The notes under the pieces were generated by a model. It was not told the DNA's origin, ran no database searches, and saw only the letters and a program-made list of their open reading frames with translations. Of a stretch of DNA of 64,000 bases, positions 60,401 to 64,000 are shown piece after piece (position 1 is the stretch's first letter; every line of letters begins with the position of its first letter). Source of the DNA: Bugula neritina (taxonomy: Eukaryota > Animalia > Bryozoa); NCBI GenBank assembly GCA_964035545.1, contig OZ037766.1, positions 6,562,722 through 6,626,721 of the forward strand, in the 5' to 3' direction. The position numbers and the translations under genes are program-made.

Positions 60401-62353
60401 TATATTGTAATTCATAGACTCGGGAGGTTAAGCAAGCAAAAGCAAAGAAAGACAAAGTAGTCAAGTGTGCTGCTCAATCCAGTGACATCTCGGATGCTGA
60501 AACCAAAGTTAAGCCCAAAAAATCTTCATCCAAGACAAAGGCAGGCCACAGCAAGAGTAAAACCAAATCTGCTAAAAGCAAAAAGTCAGCTGACACCAAA
60601 TCCACATCTAATGATGTTTCTGGTGATAAATCAGCAAAGTCAACTGATAAAAAGCAGAAAAGGAAAAAGAATGCTTCAGCTGTTAAAACTGAGGTATGCA
60701 TAAGTATGATATAAACATACTAAACTGTGCTTATGCTACTTGAGCTACTGATAGTACAGCAGGAGTGTCTCTAAACGCAGATCTGTTCATTTCACCATGT
60801 GACTAATTTTCAATATACATTTTTTTTCAAATATTTTTACAGCACATTTTTATTTTAAACGTACCATGTTTTTAGGATCCAAAGGAAAAAGTAATGCCTC
60901 TAGTGGCTGGTGAGAATGCGGCCGAAAGCAAATCTTCAACTTCCACTGCTGCAGCTGCCATCAAACCCGAAGCCTCGGTATCAACTTCTAGTCAAGTTAC
61001 TACAGCTTCCAGTCAAGACTCTGACAGCTCTATCAGATTCGCTGATCTCACAGGTTCATATCCTCATGATTTTAATGTAATAATAACTGATTTGGTGAGT
61101 GTCTGCAGCAACCCACTATTGCTAGAGATTATGTGACGCCGTGTGTAAGTTGTGTTTTGGTTTCACAGGCGAGGAAGATGAACATCCAGCCATGCCGGCG
61201 AAGGACCTGGATATCCAGATTATTCCAGTGCCCCAAACTAGTAAATGGGATAATGATGACTCTGAATCTGATAACAAAGTCTCCATTCCACGCACTAGTA
61301 AATCTGCTGGGCACGGGCAATCAAACTCTGTCTCTAAGAAAGTCTTGGCTTCTGCCGACAGTGTCATACGGAACAAGCAAGTTCAACCAATGAGTGGGCC
61401 GGCGAAAAAGCGCAGTGTCCACCTGCCTGATAGGAATGCAGATAGTGAAAAAAAAGTGCAACTCGATGGTTAGTGTTCACTGGTCATGTGTTATTCAAAC
61501 CAAGTTACAGATTTCACACTCCAGTAAATCATCGATGGGTTAGTTGTTTAACAGTAGATTATTATCTGTTGGTACAATATGGCTGGTTTGTATTTTAGAT
61601 TCTGATGGTAAATCTGATCTTCGTGAGAAACTTAAACGAATTAAAAATAGGAAATCTTCAATTTCTAGTGACTGTGAAAAGAATACTGATCACTCTTTGG
61701 GAAAACTCCGGTCAGATGTAACTGACAAGTCGTATGCCAGTAGCAGGTCTAGTGATAGACATGATGGAGGTAAAGAAAGGTCTAAATTAAAAGATAGTGA
61801 GAGAGGGAAAGCCAGCCGTGAGAGTAGTAAAATCTCTAGAGAATCTCAGCATAAGAAATCTTCAGGAGAGAATAAGGAAGAACGATCAGAGTCAAGAAGA
61901 TCTGACCGGGACCGTGATGATGTCTCACCCAGCTCTAAACGTGCCAAGTATAGCTCTGAAGGCAGTTCTAGCGCTCCTACAGTTGACAAACTTTCCGACA
62001 ATAAAGATGTTGCTGATAAAGACAGCAATGATATCAAACCCCGTAATAAAGGTGCTAAAGTGACTAAAACCGCCTCACATAATGCTTTAACTAGTCAAAT
62101 TAGTGAAGAGCCATTTGAGCCAGACTATGATATAGAACTCGGCGAGTCTAATCGCTCTGCCGAAAATAGTGATCATCACGTAAGCACTCAGTCTGACGAG
62201 GAGGATTGTGCGAGCAACAGCGAATCCGAAGATGATTCGGAAGTGAAAAAGAGTAAAAAACACAAACGGAGATCGTCCAGTAGCAAACACAAAAAACATA
62301 AGAAGCACAGCAAAAAGAGCAAGCATAAAAAGCATAAAAGTGATCGCAAGTAA
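51443..62353 (+). CDS. RBBP6: E3 ubiquitin ligase RBBP6 (DWNN, zinc knuckle, RING, Pro-rich, RS and Lys-rich tail)
   Basis: DWNN MSHIYYKFQS...VKFDGLSISLTELK...DFSLQITNAQTKE|VY...LIPKNTSVTVTRVP (51443-51611, 51761-51842); microexons 52046-52064 and 54372-54407; zinc knuckle YICKR|CQKPGHYIQNCP (~55010-55540); RING CPICNEIMTDAVKTSCCATHFCDSC|VRTALL...CPHC (55792-56140); L.KEEFY exon (~57692-57777); RS domain (~58190-58350); terminal HKKHKKH tail ending at 62353. Confidence 0.96.
56660..57032. repeat. Intronic minisatellite, ~24-bp unit, ~15 copies
   Basis: tatataatatactactgtcac(tg/ta) fills almost the whole RBBP6 intron. Confidence 0.95.
60095..60300 (-). mobile_element. tRNA-derived SINE, copy 4 (RBBP6 intron), with a probable target-site duplication
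   Basis: The minus strand has a perfect B box GGTTCGATTCCC and the same body. Flanks are attctaccgctgtcaata (60081-60098) and attgtactgctgtcaata (60301-60318). Confidence 0.82.
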
Positions 62354-63662
62354 CAAAAGCTGTCATTTCAACTAATATGCTTTGGTGACTTGGTAAAATT
62401 AGTGTGGCAATGTGCAGCCACCAGTATATTCCGTACCTGTGCTAGTACAAGTGGCCATGCAACTGTAAATCTTCCTGGAATTATTCATTTTGTCTTCTGT
62501 GATGAGCTCATGTTTTTTACATTGAGCATAATGATGCATTTAATTGCTTTAACTCAATCTTGCTACAGTCAAGCCAGTTACTCTGAACTATCTACTTTAC
62601 TTATAATATAATTAAAATCTATTTTTACGAATATGTGTAATGAAATTGGTAGCTATCACTTTTTTGAGTATACCAAAGTGAATGTTTTATAAAATGTCTT
62701 GATGTATTATTTTGAAATTCAGGCCATTTTGTACATAATAATTAAAGTAAGTGTATGGAAAGGATACTAGTTACAACCATTAAATTCCAGGGTCTTTTGT
62801 GTATTATTGATATTTTAATGAGGCAGATGCAATAAAAAATAAATATAAATACTGTGCTCATCCTTTTTTGTGTGCATCGCAATATTTGGTTGGCCTACTA
62901 GGGAAACTGTGGAAGGCCCCTCTCCCCCAGCAAAATATGCAACACTCACCAGAATTTCAGACTAGCAACTTGATCTTCTGTTTGCAAAGACAACGTGAGT
63001 GAAGCTATTGGATTTCCCTTCACATGCTGGTGAGAAATGAGCTACTGCCCAATTTGGGTAGATTTTAGACATATACATCATTACTGCTCATTGAACTTGA
63101 AAAATTTATACCTTGTAGCTCAGCTTGATATAAAGCAAGATACTGGCACAAGGCCAGGATGTTTTATTTTATCAACTGTTGGTAATGGCCTACCTGAAGA
63201 CTAACATTTGCACCAGCTATTTTCAAAACAAAGTTTATTTTTTGTTTTAATAGTTGCTTCCCCTTTATTGACTTCAGCCAGTAATTAGACATTATTTTAC
63301 ACAAATAAATTGATAATAGGAGATTATTACACTTTAAAACCAATTTCCAATAAAACAAAAACCATCTGAAACAATCATCTTGAAATGAGTTCTAATATGC
63401 AACGCTAGATATAACCTAATACACTTTCCATAAGGAGTATCTGAAAATATATAAATACTTGTAAAACATTACAATATATTATAATGCATTGTAGTTAATT
63501 TGCCTATATTCTGAGTCAAAATAGTTTAATGTAAATTTCCTAAGTGATCCAAGGATCATGTAGCAATGGTTAGGGAGCAACAACAAATATAACAAACAGT
63601 ATTTATATTCTTGAGAAAACACTAATGTCTATTCAATTTGCTTTGCACCATTGTTCTTGTCT

Positions 63663-63811
63663 TTACTTTTTACAAGCTTCCTCAAGGTAAGCTATCAAAT
63701 CGGCTCTCTCATTTTCCTTTTTCAAACCAGCAAACACCATTTTTGTTCCAGGAATATATTTCTTAGGATTCTCCAAATAAACCCACAGAGTTTCTCTAGA
63801 CCATGTGATTC
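63663..63811 (-). CDS. CYCS: Cytochrome c, last coding exon; 5' part outside the window
   Basis: After the tgtgttttgttataaag acceptor the exon reads (G)[48 protein letters not shown]. It includes the near-invariant [11 protein letters not shown] segment with the Met80 heme ligand. Absent from the ORF track because it is short. Confidence 0.96.
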
Positions 63812-64000
63812 CTTTATAACAAAACACAATATCATCAAAACAGATTCACAATTGTAACTTCACAGTGAAATTCTGGGGAAATCTCATGGCTATTGCAAAC
63901 ATGAAAAAAAATCAAGTAGCCATTAAAAGAATAAATGAATACTTAACAAGGTTTGATAGAGAAATTATTTATATATTTTATTTCTCTAACATGAGAGTAT

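Noticed and set aside
63164-63358. 64-aa minus-strand ORF downstream of cytochrome c
   Set aside because: No recognisable motif; it lies in the probable 3'UTR or intergenic interval.

Overview
AT-rich, intron-rich genomic DNA from an animal, probably an invertebrate. I assembled the gene models by hand from GT-AG boundaries and checked reading phase across junctions. The window holds seven protein-coding loci. (1) The 3' end of an S1 serine protease (+). (2) A giant single-pass receptor on the minus strand (4327-27872; 47 coding exons, ~2497 aa). Its architecture is signal peptide, Ser/Thr mucin repeat, Cys-rich/WAP, repeats resembling bacterial cadherin-like adhesin domains, DxCGVCGG repeats, IPT/TIG, REJ, GAIN/GPS with a degenerate cleavage triad, SEA-like domain, TM helix and a short tail. 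(3) MMGT1/EMC5 (-), head-to-head with (4) LLPH (+). (5) A TMC channel (-), head-to-head with (6) RBBP6 (+). (7) The last coding exon of cytochrome c (-), which the ORF track misses. Non-coding features include four copies of a tRNA-derived SINE, three to four copies of a ~165-bp TIR element, two foldback elements, many intronic tandem duplications anchored at splice sites, and a period-6 AT-rich sequence class confined to the two divergent intergenic regions. The best candidate for an undescribed system is the channel-less polycystin-1-like receptor. All domain calls are by-eye motif recognition; no database searches were run.
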